From positions 5,199 to 69,198 of the forward strand of contig JBBQAJ010000004.1 of NCBI GenBank assembly GCA_038316195.1: 64,000 nucleotides of DNA. Direction: 5' to 3'. Below the pieces are notes generated by a model. It saw only the letters and a program-made list of their open reading frames with translations. It did no database searches and was not told the DNA's origin. This DNA comes from Candidatus Saccharimonadales bacterium. GTDB lineage: Bacteria; Patescibacteriota; Saccharimonadia; Saccharimonadales; JBBQAJ01. A program made the translations under genes and the position numbers. Shown one piece after another: positions 44,512-54,358 of this stretch. Each line of letters opens with the position of its first letter. Position 1 is the stretch's first letter.

Positions 44512-46389
44512 ATGGACTCTGCAAAAAATCAGATTACTGACAGATTAACGAAGGCTACAAATGTGCTCGTAACTGTTAGTGCAAACCCCTCATTGGACCA
44601 ATTAGCTTCAGCGATTGGTATGACTTTAATTCTCAATAAACTTGGGAAACACGCAACTGCTGTATTTAGTGGCGAAATACCTAACACTATTGAGTTTTTG
44701 CAACCTGAAAAGACTATCGAAAAAACTACCGACAGCTTGAGGGATTTCATAATTGCACTAGACAAATCCAAAGCCGACAAACTTAGGTATAAAGTTGAAG
44801 ATCAAATGGTCAAAATTTTTATAACCCCATACCGTACATCCATTTCAGATAAAGATTTAGAATTTAGCCAAGGTGATTTTAACGTAGACGTAGTTATTGC
44901 TATCGGGGTATCAGAAGCAAAAGATCTGGATCAAGCAATAACATCACATGGTAGAATTTTGCACGATGCAACGGTTATAAGTGTTAATACTCACGACGGA
45001 GCAAGTCTGGGTAGTATAAACTGGGTTGAACAACAAGCAAGTAGCCTATGTGAAATGTTATTAGATATTGGGCTTAGTCTCAAAGAAGATGTTTTGGATG
45101 GTCAGATGGCTACAGCATTTCTAACAGGAATAGTTTCTGAAACAAACAGATTTAGTAATGAAAAAACTACTTCTACCACTATGCAGATGAGTGCAAAACT
45201 AATTGCAGCTGGTGCCAACCAACAGCTTGTAGCAAGTAAACTACAACCTCCTGTTATTGAAAAGCCGATTGAACAGCAACCTGAGAATCTAACTAAAACA
45301 GAAGATGCAGAGCTACCAGAAGTTGAAAACGTCACAAAGACTGCTTCGCCACCAGTAACAGTTGAAACTGCTAATAAACCTGACAACGGCACAATGCAAA
45401 TTGATCACGGCGAAAAGAAGCCACTTATAGATATTAATGAAGTTTTAGAAAATGATGAACTAAAAGAAGATCCACTAGAGCAAATCGATATAGACAACAA
45501 CGGAATTATTAAATCTGCTGGCGAAATAGAGGCTATGAAACAAAAAGTCTTAGACCCACTACCATCAGCCGAGTCGGATAATGGAAAATCTGAATCGAGA
45601 TTAATTACACAGCCACCAATATTAGGTGGTACCCTTACATCAAATACTCAGCCAGAGGGTGAAGGCTTAGAGCCTAGCAATGATCTTCTGGGTGAAGCAC
45701 AACCTCAGGGTCTATTGTTATCACATGACTCTAAGCCTAGAAAAAGCCCACTTGCAGCTCCTGCTGCTGGCATACAAGCACCAACTGCCCAAGAAATAAT
45801 TGCTGCCACTCCTCAGAAAGCATATATTCCAGACAGTATCTCGTCAGTTGAATCAATTCCTCCAACTCAAACGTCACCGATTACAGAACTGCAAAAGCCA
45901 GCTGACACATTATCAGATCTAGAGAAAGTGCTAGATAGTCCACATGTCTCTAAGCCTGAGCCCAACACAAGTCCAACGAACCCAGTGATAACAGCAGAAA
46001 GCATTGATGGGGTTGATGCAGCACGTGATGCTGTAAACAGCGCTGTTGCAGGAACTACTCCACAAGTAGTTGAACCTATTCAGTCTCTTAACGCTCAACC
46101 AATGGATTTAAATTTAGGTGATATGCCTGCGGTTGCTACATCTGCAGCATCGGCATTTATGAATGATAAAAACATGATAAACCCATCACTGGCAACCCCA
46201 ATTGCTTTTCCCGATCCATATATAGCATCAAATACAACTATGCCAGCAAATCTAGTTCCTCAAAATCCTAGTTTACCATATGATAACACTGGTGGAAGTG
46301 TGACGGACCCAACTGCGCCACCCCCAGTTCCTCCTCCTATGATTCCTCCTATCATGCCACTTCCAACAGATACAAACATATCTTCATAA
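44512..46389 (+). CDS. NrnA-like DHH-domain protein with degenerate catalytic motifs and a long P/T/S-rich tail
   Basis: It aligns by eye to the NrnA DHH domain: TVSANPSLDQLAS (motif I), IIALDKS (II), ISVNTHDG (III, DHH becomes NTH), GIVSETNRF (IV) and WVEQQASSLCEML. There is no GGGH/DHHA1 domain. The C-terminal ~380 aa are low complexity. Confidence 0.65.
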   Translation: MDSAKNQITDRLTKATNVLVTVSANPSLDQLASAIGMTLILNKLGKHATAVFSGEIPNTIEFLQPEKTIEKTTDSLRDFIIALDKSKADKLRYKVEDQMVKIFITPYRTSISDKDLEFSQGDFNVDVVIAIGVSEAKDLDQAITSHGRILHDATVISVNTHDGASLGSINWVEQQASSLCEMLLDIGLSLKEDVLDGQMATAFLTGIVSETNRFSNEKTTSTTMQMSAKLIAAGANQQLVASKLQPPVIEKPIEQQPENLTKTEDAELPEVENVTKTASPPVTVETANKPDNGTMQIDHGEKKPLIDINEVLENDELKEDPLEQIDIDNNGIIKSAGEIEAMKQKVLDPLPSAESDNGKSESRLITQPPILGGTLTSNTQPEGEGLEPSNDLLGEAQPQGLLLSHDSKPRKSPLAAPAAGIQAPTAQEIIAATPQKAYIPDSISSVESIPPTQTSPITELQKPADTLSDLEKVLDSPHVSKPEPNTSPTNPVITAESIDGVDAARDAVNSAVAGTTPQVVEPIQSLNAQPMDLNLGDMPAVATSAASAFMNDKNMINPSLATPIAFPDPYIASNTTMPANLVPQNPSLPYDNTGGSVTDPTAPPPVPPPMIPPIMPLPTDTNISS

Positions 46390-46404
46390 GCTATACTGAC
46401 GTTT

Positions 46405-47103
46405 GTGGACGGAATTTTACTTATCAATAAAGCTTCTGGATGGACTTCGTTTGATGTTGTTGCCAAAATTCGTGGGCTGGTAAGGACTGAAACTGGCCTG
46501 AAAAAGCCCAAAGTTGGACATGCCGGCACTTTAGACCCTTTGGCCACAGGACTTTTAGTTATTCTTGTTGGAAGTTATTGCAAACGTGCTTCGGAGTTTA
46601 GCGAATTGGACAAAGTTTACGAAGCTACCATGAAGTTGGGGGTTACAAGCACTACGGGCGACGAAGAAGGAACTAAAACAATAGTTGGTGGCCAAAAGGT
46701 GGAAGTAAGTAAACTTAAGGAATCATTAAACAAATTTACAGGCGAAATAATGCAGGTGCCACACGTGTTTAGTGCAGTTAAGGTAAATGGACAAAGGGCA
46801 TACAAATTAGCTAGAGAAGGCAAAGAAGTAGTCATAGAACCTAGAAAAATAATAATTCACAGCATATCAGATGTAACATATATTTATCCAGAAGTGTCAT
46901 TTACCACCAAAGTATCTTCAGGCACGTACATTCGAACATTGGTAGAAGACATTGGAAAAGTATTGCAAACAGGAGCATACATGACTAGATTAAAACGAAC
47001 TCACATAGGGTTATTTGATCTAAGTAATGCTATAAATATGGATGATTTGGATAGTACGAAAATTAGAAACAATTTGATGGAGATTGCCGAGACCATAAAG
47101 TGA
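46405..47103 (+). CDS. truB: tRNA pseudouridine(55) synthase
   Basis: GILLINKASGWTSFDVV and GHAGTLDPLATGLLVIL (catalytic Asp). GTG start. Confidence 0.92.
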   Translation: MDGILLINKASGWTSFDVVAKIRGLVRTETGLKKPKVGHAGTLDPLATGLLVILVGSYCKRASEFSELDKVYEATMKLGVTSTTGDEEGTKTIVGGQKVEVSKLKESLNKFTGEIMQVPHVFSAVKVNGQRAYKLAREGKEVVIEPRKIIIHSISDVTYIYPEVSFTTKVSSGTYIRTLVEDIGKVLQTGAYMTRLKRTHIGLFDLSNAINMDDLDSTKIRNNLMEIAETIK

Positions 47104-48758
47104 TTGCAAACGTTAACATCGAAGAAAAAACTTTCGGCAGCAAGGTACTTTACAAAAACCTCAGTTTGCAACTTCAAGCCAAAGAAAAAGTAGGCATTAT
47201 TGGGCGCAATGGCACTGGCAAAACAACGCTTTTTAATTTAATGACAGGTGTGGACCAAGATTATTCTGGCAATATTGATTTTAAAAAGAATTTGATAATC
47301 ATCTCGTCTCGTCAAGAGCATCAAGATCATGAAAATACTCCCGTTTTAGAGTATATATTGGATGATTTACCACAATACGCTGACTTAAAGCATATTATGG
47401 ATACTTTTCCTGCCACAATGGGTGACAATAACAAAAAAATATCTCAGTATAGTGACGCATTAGAACATTTTTCTGCGCTTGGGTACTTTAGGGTGGAAGA
47501 AGAGATTATACAGACACTTCAAAAGTACGGGTTGGATAAAGCAGAGGAAGAAGGAAATATTGGTAATTTATCTGGTGGCCAGAAGCGATTCGTTGAGCTC
47601 GCAAAAGTACAGCATGCCAAAGCTGACATTGCACTTATTGACGAACCCACCAATCACATGGATTACATTGCAAAGCAGCGATTTTTGGACTGGTTCGGTA
47701 GCACACCTGAAGCAGTGGTGGTAATAACACATGATCGCGACGTTTTAAGCCAAGTAGATAGAATAGTTGAGATAAGGGATGGTAGGTCAATTAGCTTTAC
47801 GGGCAATTACGATGCTTATTTACGCACCAACACTTCAAAAATAACTTCCGAAGTTAACGAATACGAAGTAACTCAGCGAAGAATAGTTAACCAAAAAGAC
47901 AATTTAGTGCGCTTTCGAAGACTCAAAGAGAAGGCACGAGACCCCGGCACTATTCACAGGTTTAAGTCGTTAGAAGAACGAACTAAAAAAGAGTTAGCCC
48001 AACTTCAAAAAGCAGACAAACCGTCTTTTTGGATTGACCAAGAATCCGTTCAGGGACTCAATACCAAGATGAGCGCAGCTTATGATGAGCACAAAACACG
48101 GAATATAAAAATACGCACTCATACGGCTGTCAGTAAATCTAATAGAATACTTATAGAAACCACCAAACTTTCACTCGGATATGGCACAAAAAGCTTGTTT
48201 GAAAATGTTAACTTTCAATTGCGTGAGGGTGACCGGATTCGTTTGCATGGTCGCAATGGTGCAGGGAAAACTACGTTAGTAAAAGCTATATTAGCAAGGT
48301 CAAATAATGTTAAAGGCGCCAGTAGGATTTTGTTTGGAGACATAACATGTGAGCCAGAAATTAAAATCGGAAACTATGAGCAAGAAATTGACTCAAAACT
48401 GCTCTCAACTTCTTTGGAAAAGGCGATTGAGCGTGTTTATTTGGACAAAGATGTCAAGATAAATGACCAAAAAATAAAACAATTACTCAGCGACTATCTT
48501 TTCAATCCAGCTACCGACGGGGCTATGCCTCTTAAATTACTCAGTGGTGGTCAAAAAGCTCGATTTCAGTTAATCAGTATGCTCGCAAATGATCCAATGA
48601 TCCTAATACTTGATGAACCAACAAATCATTTAGATTTGCCGAGCATAGAAGAGATGGAAAATGCGCTCCAACAATATCATGGTGCAATCCTGTACATTAG
48701 CCACGATAGCTATTTTGTGAAAAACCTTGGTGGCACACAAGTAAAAATTGGATTATAG
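47100..48758 (+). CDS. ABC-F family ATPase
   Basis: Two ABC cassettes (GRNGTGKTT / LSGGQKRF / IDEPTNHMD and GRNGAGKTT / LSGGQKAR / LDEPTNHLD) with no TM domain. GTG start overlaps the truB stop (GTGA). Confidence 0.9.
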   Translation: MIANVNIEEKTFGSKVLYKNLSLQLQAKEKVGIIGRNGTGKTTLFNLMTGVDQDYSGNIDFKKNLIIISSRQEHQDHENTPVLEYILDDLPQYADLKHIMDTFPATMGDNNKKISQYSDALEHFSALGYFRVEEEIIQTLQKYGLDKAEEEGNIGNLSGGQKRFVELAKVQHAKADIALIDEPTNHMDYIAKQRFLDWFGSTPEAVVVITHDRDVLSQVDRIVEIRDGRSISFTGNYDAYLRTNTSKITSEVNEYEVTQRRIVNQKDNLVRFRRLKEKARDPGTIHRFKSLEERTKKELAQLQKADKPSFWIDQESVQGLNTKMSAAYDEHKTRNIKIRTHTAVSKSNRILIETTKLSLGYGTKSLFENVNFQLREGDRIRLHGRNGAGKTTLVKAILARSNNVKGASRILFGDITCEPEIKIGNYEQEIDSKLLSTSLEKAIERVYLDKDVKINDQKIKQLLSDYLFNPATDGAMPLKLLSGGQKARFQLISMLANDPMILILDEPTNHLDLPSIEEMENALQQYHGAILYISHDSYFVKNLGGTQVKIGL

Positions 48759-48775
48759 ATACTTGCATAACGGGG

Positions 48776-48806
48776 GTGAGTGTGTTATTATGAAATCAAC
48801 ACTCAC
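48776..48806 (+). promoter_or_regulatory. hairpin between the ABC-F gene and rpsO (terminator or S15 leader element)
   Basis: 8-bp stem GTGAGTGT/ACACTCAC with a 15-nt loop, 40 nt upstream of the rpsO ATG. Confidence 0.3.
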
Positions 48807-48846
48807 AATTCTCTTCATTAACTAACAGATTGGGAATACGAAATTC

Positions 48847-49113
48847 ATGATTTCAACAGAGAAAAAAAGCAAGATTGTTTCTGAGCATCAAACCAGTAAA
48901 ACTGACACCGGATCGCCTCAAGTTCAGGTTTCCATACTTACTGAACGTATAAAAGAACTCACTGAGCATTTAAGGACTCATAAACATGATTTTATGGCTA
49001 GACGAGGGCTTTTACAGGCCGTTGGCAAACGTAAGAGGTTGCTAAAATATCTAGCTGAACAAGACGGAAAAGCATATTTGGACTTAGTAAAAAAACTCGG
49101 TCTTAGAAAATAA
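48847..49113 (+). CDS. rpsO: 30S ribosomal protein S15
   Basis: 88 aa. DTGSPQVQVSILTERIKELTEHLRTHKHD...RRGLL pattern. Confidence 0.95.
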   Translation: MISTEKKSKIVSEHQTSKTDTGSPQVQVSILTERIKELTEHLRTHKHDFMARRGLLQAVGKRKRLLKYLAEQDGKAYLDLVKKLGLRK

Positions 49114-49273
49114 TCTGAACAGATTACTCCACCAACTGGTGGATAAACTTGTGCACATTAAATAATCAGAAATCGGGCTATTCGTATGCAGAGACCAGAT
49201 ATACTCCATCACAGCACAAGGGAATTGGTATATTTGCACCTTGCTTGCGAATATCCCATATGAAAGGCAATAA

Positions 49274-51409
49274 ATGGCAACAATAAATCCGTTTGGTAAA
49301 GAAGTTATAAAAGTTAGTACCGAGTTATGTGGTCGTACACTCAGCCTAGAAGTTGGTCGAGTAGGATTTCGAACTACTGGAAGTGTACTCGTGAGTTATG
49401 GTGACACTGTTGTTTTAGGCAGTGCTCAACTTAGCGATAGATCTATACAGGGTATGGATTATTTTCCACTTAGCATAGATTATGAGGAAAAAATGTATGC
49501 CTCTGGAAAAGTAAGTGGTAGTAGGTTTATTAAAAGAGAAGGGCGCCCATCTGACGATGCAATTCTTATCAGTCGTTTGATTGACCGTCCAATACGACCA
49601 CTTTGGCCCAAAGGATATAGGCAAGAAGTTCAGGGCGTTGCGACAGTTTTAAGCATGGATCCAGAATTTCGTCCTGACATGGTTGCTATGATTGCAATGA
49701 GTACTGCATTTATGCTAACAGGTGGACCATTTGATGGTCCGGTCGCTGGTTTGAGAGTTGGATTAGTTGATGGAAAATACAAAGGATTTCCAACTATCTC
49801 TGAACTTGAGGGCGAATTAGATTTGGTTGTTGCAGGCACTAAAGATGGAATTATGATGGTAGAGGCTGGCGCCAGTGAAGTGAGTGAAAAGCAAATCGTA
49901 GAAGCCATGGCCTATGCATTTGAAGCTATGCAGCCAGCTATAAAATTACAAGAAGAATTGATTAAAAAAGTTGGCGTTAATGAGCGAAAATACGAATTAG
50001 TTTTACCAAATGAAGATGTACAAACAGAGGTAGAAAAATGGGTAGACGGTAAATTAGGTGAAGCATTAAGAACTGAGTACCCGGAACGAAACGAACTCAT
50101 AAAGACTTTAAAAGATGAGTTTCATGCCAGTATGGAAGAGAAATTTGCAGAAGAATACTTAGGCAAACTTCGAGCAGATTACGACGAAGCATTTGTCATG
50201 GCACTTCATAAAGATGTTCGTAAAGGAATTGTATCGGAACAACTACGCCCGGATGGTCGCAAATTGAACGAAATTCGGCCACTTTCCAGCGAAATAAGTA
50301 TATTGCCTCGCACGCACGGATCATCTTTATTTACGCGTGGAGTTACCCAAGCCATGAATGTGGTAACCCTAGCCCCTCTTAGTTATGTCCAGCTTGTGGA
50401 CACCATGGAGCGTGAAGGTGAAAGACGATATTTGCATCATTATAATGCACCGGGATATACCGTAGGTGAAGTGAAACGAATGGGTTCTCCTGGGCGTCGA
50501 GAAATTGGTCACGGATTCCTAGCAGAAAGAGCCCTAACGGCTGTTTTACCTTCTGAAACAGAGTTCCCGTACATGATACGCTCAGTTACTGAAATTATGA
50601 GTCAGAACGGTTCTACTAGTATGGCGGCCACTTGCTCTAGCTGCTTAGCTCTAATGGACGCTGGAGTTCCTATTAAACGCCCAGTTAGTGGAATAGCGAT
50701 GGGACTTATGATGGATGGAGATACTCCATATGTACTAAGTGATATTGCCGATGCTGAAGATTTTGCTGGTGATATGGATTTCAAAGTTACAGGTACATCA
50801 GAGGGCATAACTGCACTGCAAATGGATATGAAAGTACACGGTTTACCAATAGAAGTGTTACAAAAAGCACTTGAACAAGGCAGAGAAGGTAGATTGCACA
50901 TTTTAGAGCATATGTTGACTACAATTGCAGAACCTAAAAAGGAAATGAGTGCTTACGCACCTCGGGTTGAAGCTATTAAAATCAATCCTGACAAAATTCG
51001 TGAAGTGATAGGAAAGGGTGGTGAAACTATCAATCGCATTATTGCTGAAACTGGTGCCGAGATCGATATAAAAGACGATGGTACTGTCATGATTGCAAGT
51101 CCCAATAAAACATCAATAGATGCAGCGATAAAAATGGTACAGGACATAACGGTGGAGCCAGAAGTGGGCACAATATATGAAAAAGTTCCTGTTGTAAGTG
51201 TTTTGGATTTCGGTGCATTTGTACAGATTTTGCCTGGAAAAGATGGACTTGTCCACGTAAGCGAAATGAGCGAAGAACGCATCTCAAACCCACGTGATGT
51301 AGTTAAAGAAGGCGACCTTGTGACAGTAAAATTAGTAGCAATTGACGAAAAAGGGCGACTTAACTTGAGCATGAAACAGGCAGCTAGGGAAATGGCAGAC
51401 AAAAAATAG
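49274..51409 (+). CDS. pnp: polyribonucleotide nucleotidyltransferase
   Basis: Two RNase PH domains plus KH (IGKGGETIN) and S1 (GLVHVSE) domains. 711 aa, in rpsO-pnp synteny. Confidence 0.97.
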   Translation: MATINPFGKEVIKVSTELCGRTLSLEVGRVGFRTTGSVLVSYGDTVVLGSAQLSDRSIQGMDYFPLSIDYEEKMYASGKVSGSRFIKREGRPSDDAILISRLIDRPIRPLWPKGYRQEVQGVATVLSMDPEFRPDMVAMIAMSTAFMLTGGPFDGPVAGLRVGLVDGKYKGFPTISELEGELDLVVAGTKDGIMMVEAGASEVSEKQIVEAMAYAFEAMQPAIKLQEELIKKVGVNERKYELVLPNEDVQTEVEKWVDGKLGEALRTEYPERNELIKTLKDEFHASMEEKFAEEYLGKLRADYDEAFVMALHKDVRKGIVSEQLRPDGRKLNEIRPLSSEISILPRTHGSSLFTRGVTQAMNVVTLAPLSYVQLVDTMEREGERRYLHHYNAPGYTVGEVKRMGSPGRREIGHGFLAERALTAVLPSETEFPYMIRSVTEIMSQNGSTSMAATCSSCLALMDAGVPIKRPVSGIAMGLMMDGDTPYVLSDIADAEDFAGDMDFKVTGTSEGITALQMDMKVHGLPIEVLQKALEQGREGRLHILEHMLTTIAEPKKEMSAYAPRVEAIKINPDKIREVIGKGGETINRIIAETGAEIDIKDDGTVMIASPNKTSIDAAIKMVQDITVEPEVGTIYEKVPVVSVLDFGAFVQILPGKDGLVHVSEMSEERISNPRDVVKEGDLVTVKLVAIDEKGRLNLSMKQAAREMADKK

Positions 51410-51411
51410 TA

Positions 51412-51606
51412 ATGAATAATTTGCACACTCCTGATCAATTCAAAACACCACCAGCACGAATAATTATGGGTTCAGTAGGTCTAATACTTACTTATTTATT
51501 AGTCACTCGCGCAATTGATACTGGTAGTATTTTGCAATATTTTGGTTCGTTTTTACTAATTTTTATAAGTTTACGAATGTTATTTCGTGGCATCACTAAT
51601 AAATAA
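51412..51606 (+). CDS. small two-TM membrane protein (hypothetical)
   Basis: 64-aa ORF packed tightly between pnp (2-nt gap) and the UDG gene (0-nt gap), with two hydrophobic segments. Confidence 0.45.
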   Translation: MNNLHTPDQFKTPPARIIMGSVGLILTYLLVTRAIDTGSILQYFGSFLLIFISLRMLFRGITNK

Positions 51607-52176
51607 ATGAAAATTACCAAACAACAACAATTAGACGAACTAGCCGAACAGATTACTCAAAGTGGTGTTTGTTCTAGTTTGGCGAAACAAGCATCTCAAC
51701 TTGTATTTGGTGTTGGAAATGCTGATTCGGAAATAGTATTTATCGGAGAAGCTCCTGGAAAAAAAGAAGACGAAACTGGTGAGCCGTTTGTTGGCGCGGC
51801 GGGCAAATTTTTAAACGAGATGCTCGACTTAATAGGACTCAAAAGAGCTGCAATTTACATTACAAACATAGTAAAATACCGTCCACCCAACAATCGTGAC
51901 CCTCTCCCAAGCGAGAAATCGGAATTTATGCCATATTTGGACAAACAACTCGATATAATTAAACCAAAACTTATTGTCACCCTAGGCAGGCATAGTATGG
52001 ATGTACTTCTGCCTGGGTTGAAAATTAGTCAGACACATGGACAGCCTAAAAGATACAAAAATAGGGTAATATTGCCTTTGTTTCATCCTGCTGCTGCCTT
52101 ATACAATGGAAGTCTTCGACAAACTTTGTTAGACGATTTTGTAAAAATCCCATTAATTTTAAAGAAAATCCAATAA
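51607..52176 (+). CDS. uracil-DNA glycosylase, family 4-like
   Basis: VFGVGNADSEIVFIGEAPGKKEDETGEPFVGAAGKFL, NIVKYRPPNNRDP and HPAA motifs. Confidence 0.85.
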   Translation: MKITKQQQLDELAEQITQSGVCSSLAKQASQLVFGVGNADSEIVFIGEAPGKKEDETGEPFVGAAGKFLNEMLDLIGLKRAAIYITNIVKYRPPNNRDPLPSEKSEFMPYLDKQLDIIKPKLIVTLGRHSMDVLLPGLKISQTHGQPKRYKNRVILPLFHPAAALYNGSLRQTLLDDFVKIPLILKKIQ

Positions 52177-52203
52177 TTTACTCATAATTTCAGAAAGGAA
52201 TAT

Positions 52204-54303
52204 ATGAATCCAAAACAACATAACCAAAATAAACCATCGGCAAATAATGCCGGGGGATCAAACAACACTCCTCAAACTAAAAGTTCAAATTCATCTAGTG
52301 GAAATGGACGTAATTCATCTAGAGGTGCTGCAATACGAGCTCAACGACGTGCCCATGATGACGCTTCGAGGTTACTTAATCAATACGTAGATTTGCCATC
52401 GCAAGACGACAAGCCACGTGCTAATTTCATAGACGACAGCCCAAGACTGAAAGTAATTGGACTTGGTGGTATGGACGGAGGTGGTTCCAAAAACATGATA
52501 CTAGTTGAATATTTGAATGATGCAGTAATTATGGATTGTGGTAACGATCTTGGTATAGATTTGCCGGGTATAAACTACGGTATTTGCGACACTACATATC
52601 TGGAATCTATAAAACATAAACTTCGTGCCTATCTAATAACGCATGGTCATTTGGATCACATTGGAGGATTGCCCCACATTGTGCCTAAATTTCCTGCACC
52701 AATATATGGTTCAAAATTTTCTATTGGACGGGTAGAAGAAATCTTTGCCAACTTTGGCTTGCCAATGCCAGAAGGCTTCGAGCTAAGAACCGTAATGATG
52801 AACGAAAACACTCACGAAAAGCTAAAAGTTGGACCATTTTTCGTGGAGCTGGTTCGTGTTACACATTCAATCCCAGGTAGTACCATCATTGTCTTAGACA
52901 CTCCTGTAGGTCGCATCATCAACACAGGAGATTTCCGATTGGATCCTAATCCACTTGACCACGAACGTACTGACACAGAACGTTTAGAACAACTTGGAAA
53001 AGAGGGTGTTTTGGCGCTTTTAAGTGAAAGTACCACTACGGAACGACCTGGAAGAACTCCTTCTGAAAGTACTATTGAGCAAAGTTTTATAGATATCATG
53101 AAACAAGCCCCAGGTAGGATCTTTGTTGGTCTTTTTTCGACTAACATGAACCGTGTACAGATGATAATTAATGCGGCTGTACACAATAACAAAAAAGTAG
53201 CTATGGATGGCAGAAGTATGGTTAGTACACTTGAAATGGCTGTTCGTCATGGATTTGTAAAAGTTCCAAAGGGTACTTTTGTGCCAATCGCTGCAACGGC
53301 TGGCATGAAAGATGAAGATTTAGTAGTCGTATGTACAGGAAGTCAGGGTGAACCTAACTCTGCTCTAATGAAAATGTCCAGTGGCGACCATCGAAACGTA
53401 AAACTCAAAGAACAAGACACCGTAATTTTGTCTAGTACACCCATTCCTTATTCTGGTAATGATGCAAAAATTCGTGCAATGGTGGACGATCTATATAAAA
53501 AAGGCGTACATGTTTTTCGTCATGAAACACGAGAAATTGATGGATGTGGACCTCTCCACGTTTCTGGGCACGCCAGTATTGAAGAATATAAAGATATGAT
53601 TCGTATGACCAAGCCAAAGTTTTTCATACCGATTTATGGTGATTTCACAGCCAAACGCCAGCATATTGAGATTGCAGTTGAAGAAGGAATCCCTCGTAAA
53701 GATACTTTAAACGCAGATAACGGTGAAGTAATAGCTCTTACCCAGGATAAAATGGAAATTATTGGCGAAGTTCCAACTGGTACTATTTTGGTTGATCAAT
53801 CAGGTACTTTAGTGAGTGGTGTGGTTATAAAAGACAGATTAATGTTGGCTGAAGAAGGTTTAGTTGCAGTCGTGCTAACACTTGATAAAAAAACTGGACA
53901 ATTAATGACAAGCCCTGACATTATTAGCCGTGGTTTCATTTATATGCGAGACAATGAAGAATTAATGAATACATTTAGAGTAGAGCTAAAAAGGGCCGTA
54001 CAGCAGAGATTTAAACGCATAGACATTGATAGGTTCAAAGCTGAACTCAAAGACCACATTACGCACTTTTTGTTTGAGCATACAGGAGGCAGTCCAATAG
54101 TCATTCCAGTAGTAAACATAATCAGTGGAGGAGGTGGTGGAAGGCCTCAAGCTAACCCGAATAAACCCAGTTCTAGCAGTAATTCAGATCAATCACAACA
54201 AGCATCGACACCTCCAACGCCTGAACAAATTGCTGCCGATCAGCAGAAACGATTCGAAGAAATGCGCTCCAGACTATTAGGTCAAGACGCCCGAACAGAC
54301 TAG
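52204..54303 (+). CDS. rnj: ribonuclease J
   Basis: Metallo-beta-lactamase motif HGHLDHIGG, beta-CASP and C-terminal domains. Extra S/N/Q-rich N- and C-terminal extensions. Confidence 0.92.
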   Translation: MNPKQHNQNKPSANNAGGSNNTPQTKSSNSSSGNGRNSSRGAAIRAQRRAHDDASRLLNQYVDLPSQDDKPRANFIDDSPRLKVIGLGGMDGGGSKNMILVEYLNDAVIMDCGNDLGIDLPGINYGICDTTYLESIKHKLRAYLITHGHLDHIGGLPHIVPKFPAPIYGSKFSIGRVEEIFANFGLPMPEGFELRTVMMNENTHEKLKVGPFFVELVRVTHSIPGSTIIVLDTPVGRIINTGDFRLDPNPLDHERTDTERLEQLGKEGVLALLSESTTTERPGRTPSESTIEQSFIDIMKQAPGRIFVGLFSTNMNRVQMIINAAVHNNKKVAMDGRSMVSTLEMAVRHGFVKVPKGTFVPIAATAGMKDEDLVVVCTGSQGEPNSALMKMSSGDHRNVKLKEQDTVILSSTPIPYSGNDAKIRAMVDDLYKKGVHVFRHETREIDGCGPLHVSGHASIEEYKDMIRMTKPKFFIPIYGDFTAKRQHIEIAVEEGIPRKDTLNADNGEVIALTQDKMEIIGEVPTGTILVDQSGTLVSGVVIKDRLMLAEEGLVAVVLTLDKKTGQLMTSPDIISRGFIYMRDNEELMNTFRVELKRAVQQRFKRIDIDRFKAELKDHITHFLFEHTGGSPIVIPVVNIISGGGGGRPQANPNKPSSSSNSDQSQQASTPPTPEQIAADQQKRFEEMRSRLLGQDARTD

Positions 54304-54323
54304 TGCGTTTATCGTAAGCGGTA

Positions 54324-54352
54324 TTGACAAACGTTGTAATAATTGCTATAAT
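54324..54352 (+). promoter_or_regulatory. promoter TTGACA-N17-TATAAT, 6 nt before ATG 54359 (leaderless)
   Basis: TTGACA 54324-54329 and TATAAT 54347-54352. Confidence 0.55.
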
Positions 54353-54358
54353 ACATCC

